Assembly (NCBI GenBank): GCA_965224705.1
Contig: OZ245056.1
Span: 2,240,001-2,304,000 of the forward strand
DNA from: Spirochaetaceae bacterium
GTDB taxonomy: Bacteria; Spirochaetota; Spirochaetia; DSM-2461
Direction of reading: 5' to 3'
Length of the DNA: 64,000 nucleotides
Shown here: one piece after another, positions 19,325-28,374 of the stretch
Layout: each line of letters opens with the position of its first letter
Numbering within the stretch: position 1 is the stretch's first letter
The notes under the pieces: model-generated
Databases searched by the model: none
What the model saw: the letters and a program-made list of their open reading frames with translations, nothing else
Told to the model about the DNA's origin: nothing
Position numbers and translations under genes: made by a program

Positions 19325-19397
19325 CGCGCCCTGCAGGATTCGAACCTGCGACCTACGGGTTCGAAGCCCGGTACTCTATCCACTGAGCTAAGGACGC
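19325..19397 (-). tRNA. tRNA-Arg(UCG)
   Basis: GCGTCCTTAGCTCAGTGGATAGAG...CTTCGAA...GGTTCGAATCC...GGGCGCG cloverleaf. Confidence 0.92.
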
Positions 19398-19402
19398 ATC
19401 AA

Positions 19403-19477
19403 TGGGTGGATGACGGGATTTGAACCCGCGACAACCAGAACCACAATCTGGCGCTCTACCACTGAACTACATCCACC
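19403..19477 (-). tRNA. tRNA-His(GUG)
   Basis: G(-1)GTGGATGTAGTTCAGTGGTAGAGC...TTGTGGT...GGTTCAAATCC...CCA; encoded G-1 and CCA. Confidence 0.93.
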
Positions 19478-19487
19478 ATGCAGGCAT

Positions 19488-19516
19488 TTTTTACCCTTGT
19501 ATGGAATCTCTGTCAA
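19488..19516 (-). promoter_or_regulatory. putative sigma70 promoter for the tRNA-His/tRNA-Arg/pdxST unit
   Basis: TTGACA-17 bp-TAAAAA on the minus strand just upstream of tRNA-His. Confidence 0.5.
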
Positions 19517-19819
19517 GATGTAAAAACCCCTTCATCAGGGTGACCTGTCATAATTTTTTCAGTTCAGTACAGGTTACGTCCACCCAGAAGACATACTTCT
19601 TCAGTTTCACGGATGTTGATTCACTGTCAATGATGACTCACATACACCGGCACTGGACGATCCAATGTACCCGACCTTGAATGGCTCCTGGCTACAGAGA
19701 AACCTTCAGAGATTCCGCTGTTGATCTCGAAGTAGAGTTTCTCAAAGGTACTGCTGACACTCTGAACGATTTCTGTTAGAATTTTCCATCAGGATGCAAT
19801 ATCCAGTAAGGTGGCTAAT

Positions 19820-21199
19820 ATGAAGAAACGGATTGAACGTGACTCCATGGGAGAAGTACAACTCCCCGAAGATTCCTGGTATGGTGCCCAAACTCAAAGG
19901 GCAGTGGAAAATTTCGGCGTATCTCCCCTGAAACTTCCTGAAGAGTTTATCAAGGCTCTGGCTCTCGTTAAGAAGGCAGCCGCATTGACCAATAAAAAAT
20001 TGGGATCTGTCGATGGCAGTCTGGCCGATGCCATAGTTGAGGCTGCCGATGAAGTAATAGCCGGCAGGCTCAATGCAGAGTTTCCGGTTGATGTATTTCA
20101 AACGGGCAGTGCAACCAGTACCAACATGAACATGAATGAGGTTTTGGCCAACAAGGCCAATGTATTCCTCAGTGGAAGAAAAGGTACCCGGAGTCCAGTT
20201 CATCCCAATGATCATGTCAACAAGGGACAGTCGTCCAATGATGTCATTCCCACAGCACTTCATATTGCCAACCGGCTCGCTGCAGAAAGAATGACAAAAT
20301 CTCTTACAGTTTTAGAGAAATCTCTGGCCCGGAAAGAAGAGGAGTTTGCAGATGCTATCAAACTGGGCCGTACACATCTTCAAGATGCTGTCCCCATGAC
20401 TCTTGGGCAGGAATTTGGTGCCTTCCGTGAGCAGGTATCAAAGGGTGTTAAACGGATTGAGTCCACATTCGCCCATCTGGAGGAACTTGCTCTGGGAGGA
20501 ACGGCGGTGGGGTCTGGACTCAATTGCCCGGAGGGATTTGCCAGGGGAGCGATTGAAATTATCGCCGGTGAAACCGGTGTGCCTTTTGTCGGTGCACCCA
20601 GCCGATTTGAAGCCATTGCCTGCCGCGATGCCCAGGTGGAGCTCATGGGAGCCGTGAATACGGCAGCCGTATCTCTTGGAAAAATTGCCAACGACCTCCG
20701 TTTGCTTTCATCCGGCCCGAGGGCCGGATTGGGAGAAATTACTCTGCCGGCCCTCCAGCCTGGAAGTTCCATCATGCCGGGTAAGGTAAACCCTGTTATG
20801 CCGGAGATGATGGTGCAGGCCACCGCTTTTGCCCAGGGTCAGGCTCTGTCCGTGAGTATTGGGGGTTTGACAGGTCCTCTGCAGCTGAACATGATGCACC
20901 CTGTGATTTCCTGGTGCTCGCTGAGAGCCATGGAAATTCTCGGCAATGCGGCCCGGGCCCTGGCAGAGAGATGTATCAACGGCATTGAGGCTGTTCGGGA
21001 AAGGGCGGAGGCATGGATAGAGCAAAGTCTTGCCCTGGTAACACCTCTGGCCCTCAGCATTGGGTACGATAAGGCCGCAGCATTTGCCCATGAGGCCTTT
21101 AAAACGGGAAAAACCGTTCGGGAAGTGGTCAAGGCTTCCGGTGTATTGAGTGATGAAGAGGTGGATCGCCTACTTGATCCGCAGTCCATGATTCGCTGA
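19820..21199 (+). CDS. fumC: class II fumarate hydratase (fumarase/aspartase family)
   Basis: ERDSMG, FQTGSATSTNMN, GRTHLQDA and GSSIMPGKVNP signatures. Confidence 0.85.
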   Translation: MKKRIERDSMGEVQLPEDSWYGAQTQRAVENFGVSPLKLPEEFIKALALVKKAAALTNKKLGSVDGSLADAIVEAADEVIAGRLNAEFPVDVFQTGSATSTNMNMNEVLANKANVFLSGRKGTRSPVHPNDHVNKGQSSNDVIPTALHIANRLAAERMTKSLTVLEKSLARKEEEFADAIKLGRTHLQDAVPMTLGQEFGAFREQVSKGVKRIESTFAHLEELALGGTAVGSGLNCPEGFARGAIEIIAGETGVPFVGAPSRFEAIACRDAQVELMGAVNTAAVSLGKIANDLRLLSSGPRAGLGEITLPALQPGSSIMPGKVNPVMPEMMVQATAFAQGQALSVSIGGLTGPLQLNMMHPVISWCSLRAMEILGNAARALAERCINGIEAVRERAEAWIEQSLALVTPLALSIGYDKAAAFAHEAFKTGKTVREVVKASGVLSDEEVDRLLDPQSMIR

Positions 21200-21233
21200 A
21201 CCTGGCTGTGATTTTCAAGCAGGAACTTTCAAG

Positions 21234-21258
21234 GAGTCTGTCGGACTTTTGACAGCTC
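21234..21258 (+). repeat. 25-bp remnant of MITE family A ends between convergent genes
   Basis: GAGTCTGTCGGACTTT (exact left TIR) joined to GACAGCTC; folds into a hairpin. Confidence 0.6.
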
Positions 21259-21287
21259 TTCTCTACTACTTGAAATGACCCAGGCGG

Positions 21288-22115
21288 CTATCCTTTTACA
21301 GCCCCTGCAGTCAGGCCTTTGATAAATTCTCTTGACAGAAGTATATACAGTATCAGCATGGGTATGGCTGCCAGGGAAAGGACGGCCAGTGCACGAGTCC
21401 AGTCGGTGCGATACTGCCCAAACAGGAGTGATACACCCAATGCCACAGTTCGCGATTCAACTGAGCGGATGAAAACAAGGGGAAACCAGAAATCATTCCA
21501 TATCTTGATCATGTTAAAAATGGCGACGGTCGCCAGTGCTGGACGCATCAGGGGAATAACCAGACGGCTGTATACCTGCCATTCAGTTGTTCCGTCAATC
21601 TGTGCCGCTTCAAACATTGCGTTTGGCAGTTCCTTAATGAATGCGGTCAATACAAAAGTGGCAATCGGCATTCCCATGGCAATGTAGACAGGAATGAGAC
21701 TCCAGTATGTATCCTGTAGATTAAGTGCTTTGATAATACGAACCAGATCAATGGTTCCCAGACGAATGGGAATCATCAATCCCGCGATGAAGAAAACATA
21801 CAGAAACTTTGAATACCTTGATTTCCATTTTGCCAGTGCATAAGCCGCCAGTGAACCAATAAAAAGAATCAATCCCAGAGAAATAAATGTAACTATAAGA
21901 GTATTGACAAAGTACAAATCAAATCGGCCGGAACTCCAGGCAGCTTTGTATCCTTCCAGGGTAAAAGCTGATGGCAATCCAAATGGATTCTTAAAGATTT
22001 CTTTTTGCGGTTTGAATGAGTTTATTATAAGTGTCCATATAGGAAATAGAACTATAGCTGACCAGATGGCTAAGACAAGGTAGGTGATTATGTTTTTCAG
22101 GTTTCTACGATTCAT
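21288..22115 (-). CDS. carbohydrate ABC transporter permease (CUT1, MalG-like)
   Basis: EAAQIDG EAA motif; WNDFWFPL. Confidence 0.92.
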   Translation of the reverse strand: MNRRNLKNIITYLVLAIWSAIVLFPIWTLIINSFKPQKEIFKNPFGLPSAFTLEGYKAAWSSGRFDLYFVNTLIVTFISLGLILFIGSLAAYALAKWKSRYSKFLYVFFIAGLMIPIRLGTIDLVRIIKALNLQDTYWSLIPVYIAMGMPIATFVLTAFIKELPNAMFEAAQIDGTTEWQVYSRLVIPLMRPALATVAIFNMIKIWNDFWFPLVFIRSVESRTVALGVSLLFGQYRTDWTRALAVLSLAAIPMLILYILLSREFIKGLTAGAVKG

Positions 22116-22127
22116 AATTTCTCAGAC

Positions 22128-23084
22128 TTAATTTGATTCCTCTTTGCGTGAGTAGTACAGCCATAACAGAACACCGGACATGAGTATCAGAAAGGTCATT
22201 GTTGCAATTGTGGCCCCCATTCCCATATCGGGAATTCCCACAGGATGTTCCCCGGCTATGCCTGTTCTATAAAAAAGTGTCGCCAGTAGATCGGTGGAGT
22301 AACCTGGCTCTCCTCTGGCTCCAGCCATGGCATAGATAATGTCAAAAGCATTGAAGTTATCCACAAAAGTGAGAATTGATACAACGCCGATGACCGGTTT
22401 GAGCAGCGGGAATTTGATATGCCAGAAAATATGCCATTCTGATGCACCATCAATCCGTGCTGCTTCAAGTAATTCGTCAGATATCCCCATCAAACCTGCA
22501 AGAAACATAACCGTGGGCATCCCGACCCACTGCCAGACAGAAGCAAGTGAGATGATGGGAAGGGCCAGGTTTTCCCGGCCAAGCCAGGGAAGGGCCCACT
22601 GCTCAAGTCCTATGGCAATCAAAGTCTGATTCAATGCTCCCCAGTGTGGATTAAGAATCAGAGTCCATAAAAAACCAACAACCAGAACAGAGAGAGTAGC
22701 CGGCATAAAAATGATCGTGCGAAAGAAGTTTCTTCCTTTGAAATCCGAAGAAAGCAGATTGGCAAACAGCATGCCCAGACTGTTTTGCACGATCATATGG
22801 ATGGCAAAAAATATACATGTGTGCCAGAAAGCACCCAGAAACTTATTCAGCCAGAGAGGGTTGGTAAAAAGACTTATATAGTTTTGAAGACCAACAAACT
22901 CTGTTGGTCTATAGCCCTTTCCTGTGTAAAGACTCAGGCGCAGGGAGTCAAACAATGGCCCAGCCATAAAAACAAGATATGTCAGCAGGGCGGGAAGTAG
23001 AAAGATAATCCAGGTTATTCTGCGGTGATTTTCGGCATTTCTTAAACCGGAACTCTTTCGGAACAAAGAAAATGGCTGGTTCAT
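22128..23084 (-). CDS. carbohydrate ABC transporter permease (CUT1, MalF-like)
   Basis: EAARIDGA EAA motif; FVGLQNY. Confidence 0.92.
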   Translation of the reverse strand: MNQPFSLFRKSSGLRNAENHRRITWIIFLLPALLTYLVFMAGPLFDSLRLSLYTGKGYRPTEFVGLQNYISLFTNPLWLNKFLGAFWHTCIFFAIHMIVQNSLGMLFANLLSSDFKGRNFFRTIIFMPATLSVLVVGFLWTLILNPHWGALNQTLIAIGLEQWALPWLGRENLALPIISLASVWQWVGMPTVMFLAGLMGISDELLEAARIDGASEWHIFWHIKFPLLKPVIGVVSILTFVDNFNAFDIIYAMAGARGEPGYSTDLLATLFYRTGIAGEHPVGIPDMGMGATIATMTFLILMSGVLLWLYYSRKEESN

Positions 23085-23115
23085 TCTGACTCCATCATTT
23101 AGGAAGAGAGGGACT

Positions 23116-23144
23116 CCCTCCTGTCTTTTCTGACGACAGGAGGG
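23116..23144. other. stem-loop after the substrate-binding gene
   Basis: CCCTCCTGTC-9 nt-GACAGGAGGG. Confidence 0.6.
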
Positions 23145-23150
23145 CTGCTG

Positions 23151-24431
23151 CTAAGGCGTATACCAGGCGGAAAGATCCGTATTAAAGGAATCTGCGGCTT
23201 CCACAGGGGATTTCTCATCCTTGAGAACTGCAATCACATTGTTATTCAGAGATGTGTAAGCATCAATACTTCCCGATGGTGCTGCCAGGAGTTTCTCCCA
23301 TACGAAACGGATATCAACACCTGCGGCTGAATTGTTGAAGGCCAGGAAATCATTTGCAACAGGATCATCCAGGCTGGGAACTGTTCTGGTCATGGGGAAG
23401 AAGCCGGGAAGACTGTTCCCCAGCAAACTGGCGAATTTTGAGGTTTCCAGCCATTCAAGAAATGTCATCGCGGCTTCAAGATTGGCTGAAGCAGTGTTTG
23501 CTCCTACAGCAGCATCGACATGGAATGTGACATATAAATCCTTTCCACTGAGTGCTGGAGGATAAAAAACGCCCCATTCGAAATCCAGATCGTTCTTCTT
23601 CAACTCACTGATACTCCACGATCCATCAAACAGCATTGCTGCCTCACCCTGCATGAAGAGCTGCCCGGCATCATAATAGCTTACGGCTTCAAACCCAGCG
23701 GGAAGATAGGGTTTTATATCTTTTATCTGCTGGAAGGATGCCACGATTTCATCACTGTTGAACGGACGTGTCCCATCCAGATAAGCCATTCGGCCTTCGT
23801 AACCGCCGATGTTGCTGGGGATTAACTGCATCATCACGACTTCATTAATATCCCATGCATCTTTTGTTCCATTTGCAAAGGGTATAATATCAGCATCAAG
23901 CAAAACCTTTGCATCAGCTATGAGGTCTTCCCACGTTTCAGGAATATCCAGCCCATTGGCCTCAAATAGATCTTTGTTGTAGTAGATCCCATGAGAAACA
24001 GCCATGATTGGCACGGCATAAGGTTCGCCTGTGGAGGTAGACCACGGTGCTCTGGAACCTTTGGAAAAAACATCCATGAGTCCGGGAAGATTGGACAGTG
24101 ATGCAATGTAGCCAGCCTCAAACAGCTCAAGTCCTGCTGCAAAAGATCGGACAAAGAAGAGATCGGGGCCAGTCCCGGTTTCCAACTGGGTGCGAAGGGT
24201 TGCATTGTAATCCGGCGGATTGGTGGGGTCAAACTTTACCACAATGCCGGGGTGGTCTTTGCTGAATTCAGCATTGATAGCCTCCCAGGCGGCAGCATCA
24301 TCCACCCGCCAGGAACCCAGTGTCAGGGTAACTGTTGAATCTTCAGCGGCATCGGCCTTTTTTCTCGCTCCACAACTCATTGTCATCAAAACAGATATGA
24401 TGGCGATTCCAAGTATTAGTTTATTACGCAT
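23151..24431 (-). CDS. carbohydrate ABC substrate-binding lipoprotein (SBP family 1)
   Basis: Lipobox TMSC; GIYYNKDLF and AAMLFDGSW motifs. Confidence 0.9.
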   Translation of the reverse strand: MRNKLILGIAIISVLMTMSCGARKKADAAEDSTVTLTLGSWRVDDAAAWEAINAEFSKDHPGIVVKFDPTNPPDYNATLRTQLETGTGPDLFFVRSFAAGLELFEAGYIASLSNLPGLMDVFSKGSRAPWSTSTGEPYAVPIMAVSHGIYYNKDLFEANGLDIPETWEDLIADAKVLLDADIIPFANGTKDAWDINEVVMMQLIPSNIGGYEGRMAYLDGTRPFNSDEIVASFQQIKDIKPYLPAGFEAVSYYDAGQLFMQGEAAMLFDGSWSISELKKNDLDFEWGVFYPPALSGKDLYVTFHVDAAVGANTASANLEAAMTFLEWLETSKFASLLGNSLPGFFPMTRTVPSLDDPVANDFLAFNNSAAGVDIRFVWEKLLAAPSGSIDAYTSLNNNVIAVLKDEKSPVEAADSFNTDLSAWYTP

Positions 24432-24518
24432 TTTTTACTCCTTTTATGTTTTACATGCATAGTTGAAAGGTATCAGTTAGAGAAGGAATGTCGCTACTCC
24501 TGGTGCTACCTCAGGCAG

Positions 24519-24547
24519 ATTTTCATTGAAAATGAAACTTTTGTCAA
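24519..24547 (-). promoter_or_regulatory. putative promoter with an overlapping 15-bp palindrome
   Basis: TTGACA-17 bp-GAAAAT on the minus strand; ATTTTCA-T-TGAAAAT at 24519-24533. Confidence 0.5.
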
Positions 24548-24862
24548 GCCTTTATATGAAAAAAGCTATCTTTCCATGTTTCAAACACATCTCTCTCTCA
24601 AAGCAGGAATCTCGGCCCGTTCCTTCCATGCCGCTTCTTTGTTTAGAGCCGACAGAATGGAGTATTGAAGTATCTTTTGTGCGGTAAGACGAAAACACCT
24701 TCTCATGTCCTCTGACGTAAAGCTGCCTGGGAAGAAACAAATCCTTGAGATGGGAGTTGCCCGCTCCACCTGCTTCTCATATCTCAGTAAGTTCTCCGGG
24801 TTGCTCCCCTCCTGGGTTGTCCCCGCTTACATGTCCCACAGGTTCATCTTTAAGCGTTTTCG

Positions 24863-25084
24863 AGTGTCAGTAAGCTTGTTGTAGCCTGGCTTCATTAGAA
24901 TCCATCCAGAAGTAGATCCCTGTCCGGTGTAGTCGTTTAATGTTGATTGATGGCTGTGATTCGGCGAATCACTCTCTGGAACGGTGAAAAGTCCTGTCGG
25001 CGAAGGTCATTGTAACTACGTATTCTATAAGATATTAATTTTCTGATGAAAGCAATCGATTTATTTAACAAGCTTTCTGACACT
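24863..25084. mobile_element. MITE family B, ~222 bp
   Basis: TIRs AGTGTCAGTAAGCTTGTT and AACAAGCTTTCTGACACT; internal sequence colinear with 15880-16103. Confidence 0.8.
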
Positions 25085-25278
25085 ACATAGGCGTTTCAAC
25101 AGCCATGGCCTCCTATGATTGAAAACAGTGCAGCGGATGTGGTTTTTTCACCGTGACTTCAAATGCGGATTACAGAAAATTCAGTTGAATGAGTTTTCGA
25201 AGAGGCTCAGAATCAATACTGATTCCTACAATACTGTCACAGCGGATAACACAGGGCAGCAGGGCACCTGAAACTGTG

Positions 25279-27402
25279 TCAGCAGCGGAACAATTCCTGC
25301 AATGCTTCCAATTCCTTCCCTGATTCAGAGATAAATGTGTTGTCACAGAATTTTCCTATAACAGCATCCCGTTCTTCTTCTGAATCATAGATGCTGTTAC
25401 GAAAACTGTTTTCATAATCCTTCAGGCGGCTTGATTTTATTCCGTTAAAGATGAACCTGGCGGTGTTCAGGGCTTCGGAAATCAGTGTTTCAAGGTCAAC
25501 GGAGTCAGAAAATTCCATTAGAATCCGTTTCGCATGCTCACAGCGCCTCTTCCGATAGTGACCAGCTATTTTCTTATAGGCTCTGTGAACCCCATCCCAG
25601 GAATCAATTTTTCCAGATCTGATGTTTTCCTTCAATCTTTCCAGATCTGAATTCCTCATCAACTGACCTCCGATATTCTCCCATGAGTCAAAACCATGGG
25701 CTTCTTCATCTTGTGAGTTGCTGCTGGATGCAAGGGCTTTGGCCAGAGCTTCATAACCGCCGGAATCTAACAGGGTTCGAACAATGTAGAAGCGAATCAT
25801 CAGACCATAGTCCCGCCAACCCCTTCCGGCGTGGAGAATCCGCACGGGTCGTTTCCCGGATTCCACTGTATCAGTACCGATGATGAGTTCTGGATCTTCA
25901 GTTTGCAGAAGGCTTTTGCCATCGGGATAATCACCTTTTGTCACAGCCTGAGATTGATCAGCCCAGGATTCCAGATACTTGCGGCCTACCAGCATCTGAT
26001 CAACTGTATCGGGAGCCAGCCAGTCGTATTCAAGCTGCTGGCAGTCACCTGAACGGGAATCCCGGATGGCTGTTTTGGAGCTATTGCGTGCCAGGGCATA
26101 CATATTGTAATGGAACCAGTAGCCCGGCATTAAATTGAGTTCTCCTGCTGCTTCATTGTTACTCACCAGGCAGAAAGGAAGGGTGATATTGAGTTCTGAC
26201 GGGTAGGATCCCCGGGTAATGAGGCAGAATGCAGCAAACCTGGAATTGTGTTTGAGGCTGACACTTAAACCAGGCCAGAAACCACGGTCGGCTGTTATTT
26301 CCCCATCATTGGCCCGGGAGTTATGGTTGGATCCTATTGTTGCGGCTGCAGCCATATTGCTCATACCTTTGAAGATGCTGGCACAGAGGAATGAGGAGTT
26401 ATGATGCTGCTCATGAGCACCGAAGAGGAGGGAATTGAGGACTTCACAGCAGCTTATGGTGGAATTGGGACCCAGAATTGAATTGATGAGCCGGGCACCG
26501 TACTTAAGAACCGAGTGGTCACTCAGTACGAATCTGACAGCCTTGACACCGTAGAACACACGGCAGGCGTAACCGATAATCCCGTTCACAAGTTCACAGC
26601 CTTCGCCGATTTGAGTCGGCTGATCAGGAGAACTGTTGATTGTGAGGTTTTTAAGTTTGTTCGCTCCTTTAATATAGGCTGACTTCCCTATGCGGATGTC
26701 TTTAAGGATTCGGCTGTCCTTGATAACAGAACCATCATCAATGAGACTGTAATGACCCAGACGGGAATCTTCCAGTTTGTCCGTCATTCCAACAAAGCTC
26801 TTCATGAGTTTTTCATCGTCTCTGTACTTGGACCATATCCAGGCATCGGCCGGAAGAATTCCATCAAAAGGCAGTACTTTGCGGCCGGCATTTTCATTGG
26901 CAATTTCTACCCAGATCCTTATTTCTTCGGATTCTCCTTCCTTAATTACTCCATTTCCGAATTTTGCATGATTGGTGGTGATTACTTCATCGATGTTAAA
27001 AAGGATGCACCGTTCCCCAATCCGGGTATGCGAAAGATAGGCCACATTGTGAATGGCAGCGTTGTGTGAGATGTCGCAGGCAATAATAGTTGATGAATAG
27101 AGTCCAATGGGGAGTTTGAAGTCATGGTGTTCAAGGCAGGCATCCTGAAGAGCTCCGATGCGGTTGGGGCCATAGAAATGGCAGTGCCGAACCAATTCTG
27201 CCTGGAAGCCATGCTGTACAAGAATGTTATCCCATGAGTCAGCCTGATTACCCTGTGATTTCAGGATGGCTGTTTCATCAGAAGATAATGACCTCCAGTC
27301 TTCTAAAGTTGTGCCGAATGGTAGTGGACGTTCTTCATCCTTCCTGCCGGGAATGTAATTGAAGCCAAGAGAATTTCCAGGAATGATTCTGACGTTACTC
27401 AT
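25279..27402 (-). CDS. DUF4954-like protein with left-handed beta-helix repeats
   Basis: 707 aa with hexapeptide-like repeats (IGEGCELVNGIIG, ILGPNSTISCCEV) and ATIGSNHNSR. Confidence 0.7.
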   Translation of the reverse strand: MSNVRIIPGNSLGFNYIPGRKDEERPLPFGTTLEDWRSLSSDETAILKSQGNQADSWDNILVQHGFQAELVRHCHFYGPNRIGALQDACLEHHDFKLPIGLYSSTIIACDISHNAAIHNVAYLSHTRIGERCILFNIDEVITTNHAKFGNGVIKEGESEEIRIWVEIANENAGRKVLPFDGILPADAWIWSKYRDDEKLMKSFVGMTDKLEDSRLGHYSLIDDGSVIKDSRILKDIRIGKSAYIKGANKLKNLTINSSPDQPTQIGEGCELVNGIIGYACRVFYGVKAVRFVLSDHSVLKYGARLINSILGPNSTISCCEVLNSLLFGAHEQHHNSSFLCASIFKGMSNMAAAATIGSNHNSRANDGEITADRGFWPGLSVSLKHNSRFAAFCLITRGSYPSELNITLPFCLVSNNEAAGELNLMPGYWFHYNMYALARNSSKTAIRDSRSGDCQQLEYDWLAPDTVDQMLVGRKYLESWADQSQAVTKGDYPDGKSLLQTEDPELIIGTDTVESGKRPVRILHAGRGWRDYGLMIRFYIVRTLLDSGGYEALAKALASSSNSQDEEAHGFDSWENIGGQLMRNSDLERLKENIRSGKIDSWDGVHRAYKKIAGHYRKRRCEHAKRILMEFSDSVDLETLISEALNTARFIFNGIKSSRLKDYENSFRNSIYDSEEERDAVIGKFCDNTFISESGKELEALQELFRC

Positions 27403-27453
27403 TGTATTTGATTTTTGATCCTGTCCTATACTTCTGAGTATACAGTTAACAGC

Positions 27454-28266
27454 TCAGCCCAGGGCCACATCCAGGGTCATCATAACAACGAATCCGCAAA
27501 TGGCCCCCATTGTGGCAAGGTCAATATTTCTATGCTCGTGGGCTTCAGGAATAAGTTCTTCAATAACAACATAAATCATTGCTCCAGCAGCAAATGCCAG
27601 TGCATAGGGAAGGATGGGGCGCATTGCAATGACAAGTAAGGCCCCCAGTACACCGAAGATTGGTTCTACCATACCGGAGAATTGGCCGTAAACGAAGCAT
27701 TTCCACCGGGTAAATCCCTCCCTCCGCAGGGGGATTGATACTGCCGCTCCTTCTGGAAAATTCTGTATACCAATACCAATGGCAAGGGCAATCGCGGCGG
27801 GCAATGTTGCTCCTGGAAAGCCAATCGCAGCGGTACCAAAAGCCACTCCAACAGCCAGGCCTTCCGGTATGTTATGTATGGTAATGGCAAAAACAAGAAG
27901 TATACTTCGCTGCCAGCGTGTTCTGGGTCCTTCGGCATCTGAGAGCGGCATCCCCAGATGAAGATGAGGGATTAATCGATCAGTAACACGGAGAAAAATT
28001 GCTCCAAGGAGGAAGCCTGCTGCTGCCGGGAACCAGGAAGGGACACCGGGCATCTCTTCCGACAGGGCAATGGCTGGTGCCAGGAGGGACCAGTAACTGG
28101 CTGCAATCATAACACCGGCGGCAAAACCCAGCATTGAATCCAGTACACGTCTGTTGATTCCTTTGAAGAAGAAGACCATGGCCGCTCCGAATGCTGTAAC
28201 ACTCCAGGTAAAAAGAGTTCCAATAAATGCCTGTATTACAGGATTTTGAGTATAAAACCATCCCAT
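27454..28266 (-). CDS. ZIP family divalent metal transporter (ZupT/GufA-like)
   Basis: ITIHNIPEG and IQNFPEG motifs; His-rich loops. Confidence 0.92.
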   Translation of the reverse strand: MGWFYTQNPVIQAFIGTLFTWSVTAFGAAMVFFFKGINRRVLDSMLGFAAGVMIAASYWSLLAPAIALSEEMPGVPSWFPAAAGFLLGAIFLRVTDRLIPHLHLGMPLSDAEGPRTRWQRSILLVFAITIHNIPEGLAVGVAFGTAAIGFPGATLPAAIALAIGIGIQNFPEGAAVSIPLRREGFTRWKCFVYGQFSGMVEPIFGVLGALLVIAMRPILPYALAFAAGAMIYVVIEELIPEAHEHRNIDLATMGAICGFVVMMTLDVALG

Positions 28267-28374
28267 TACTATGATTATCCTTTACGAATATATTTTTTCA
28301 TAGTATAAAAGAATCTTCATGAATCGTCCAGTTCCAGATTTCAGCAAGACTTCTATTATGCCTTTGATACCAGA

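Noticed and set aside
24490..24515. Minus-strand AGCACCAGGAGT resembling the glmS ribozyme 5' end
   Set aside because: There is no downstream GACGAGG or P2-P4 elements, and too little space before the gene.
24552..24769. Two 62-aa minus-strand ORFs upstream of the sugar ABC promoter
   Set aside because: Short, overlapping each other, no recognisable family; a gene remnant cannot be excluded.
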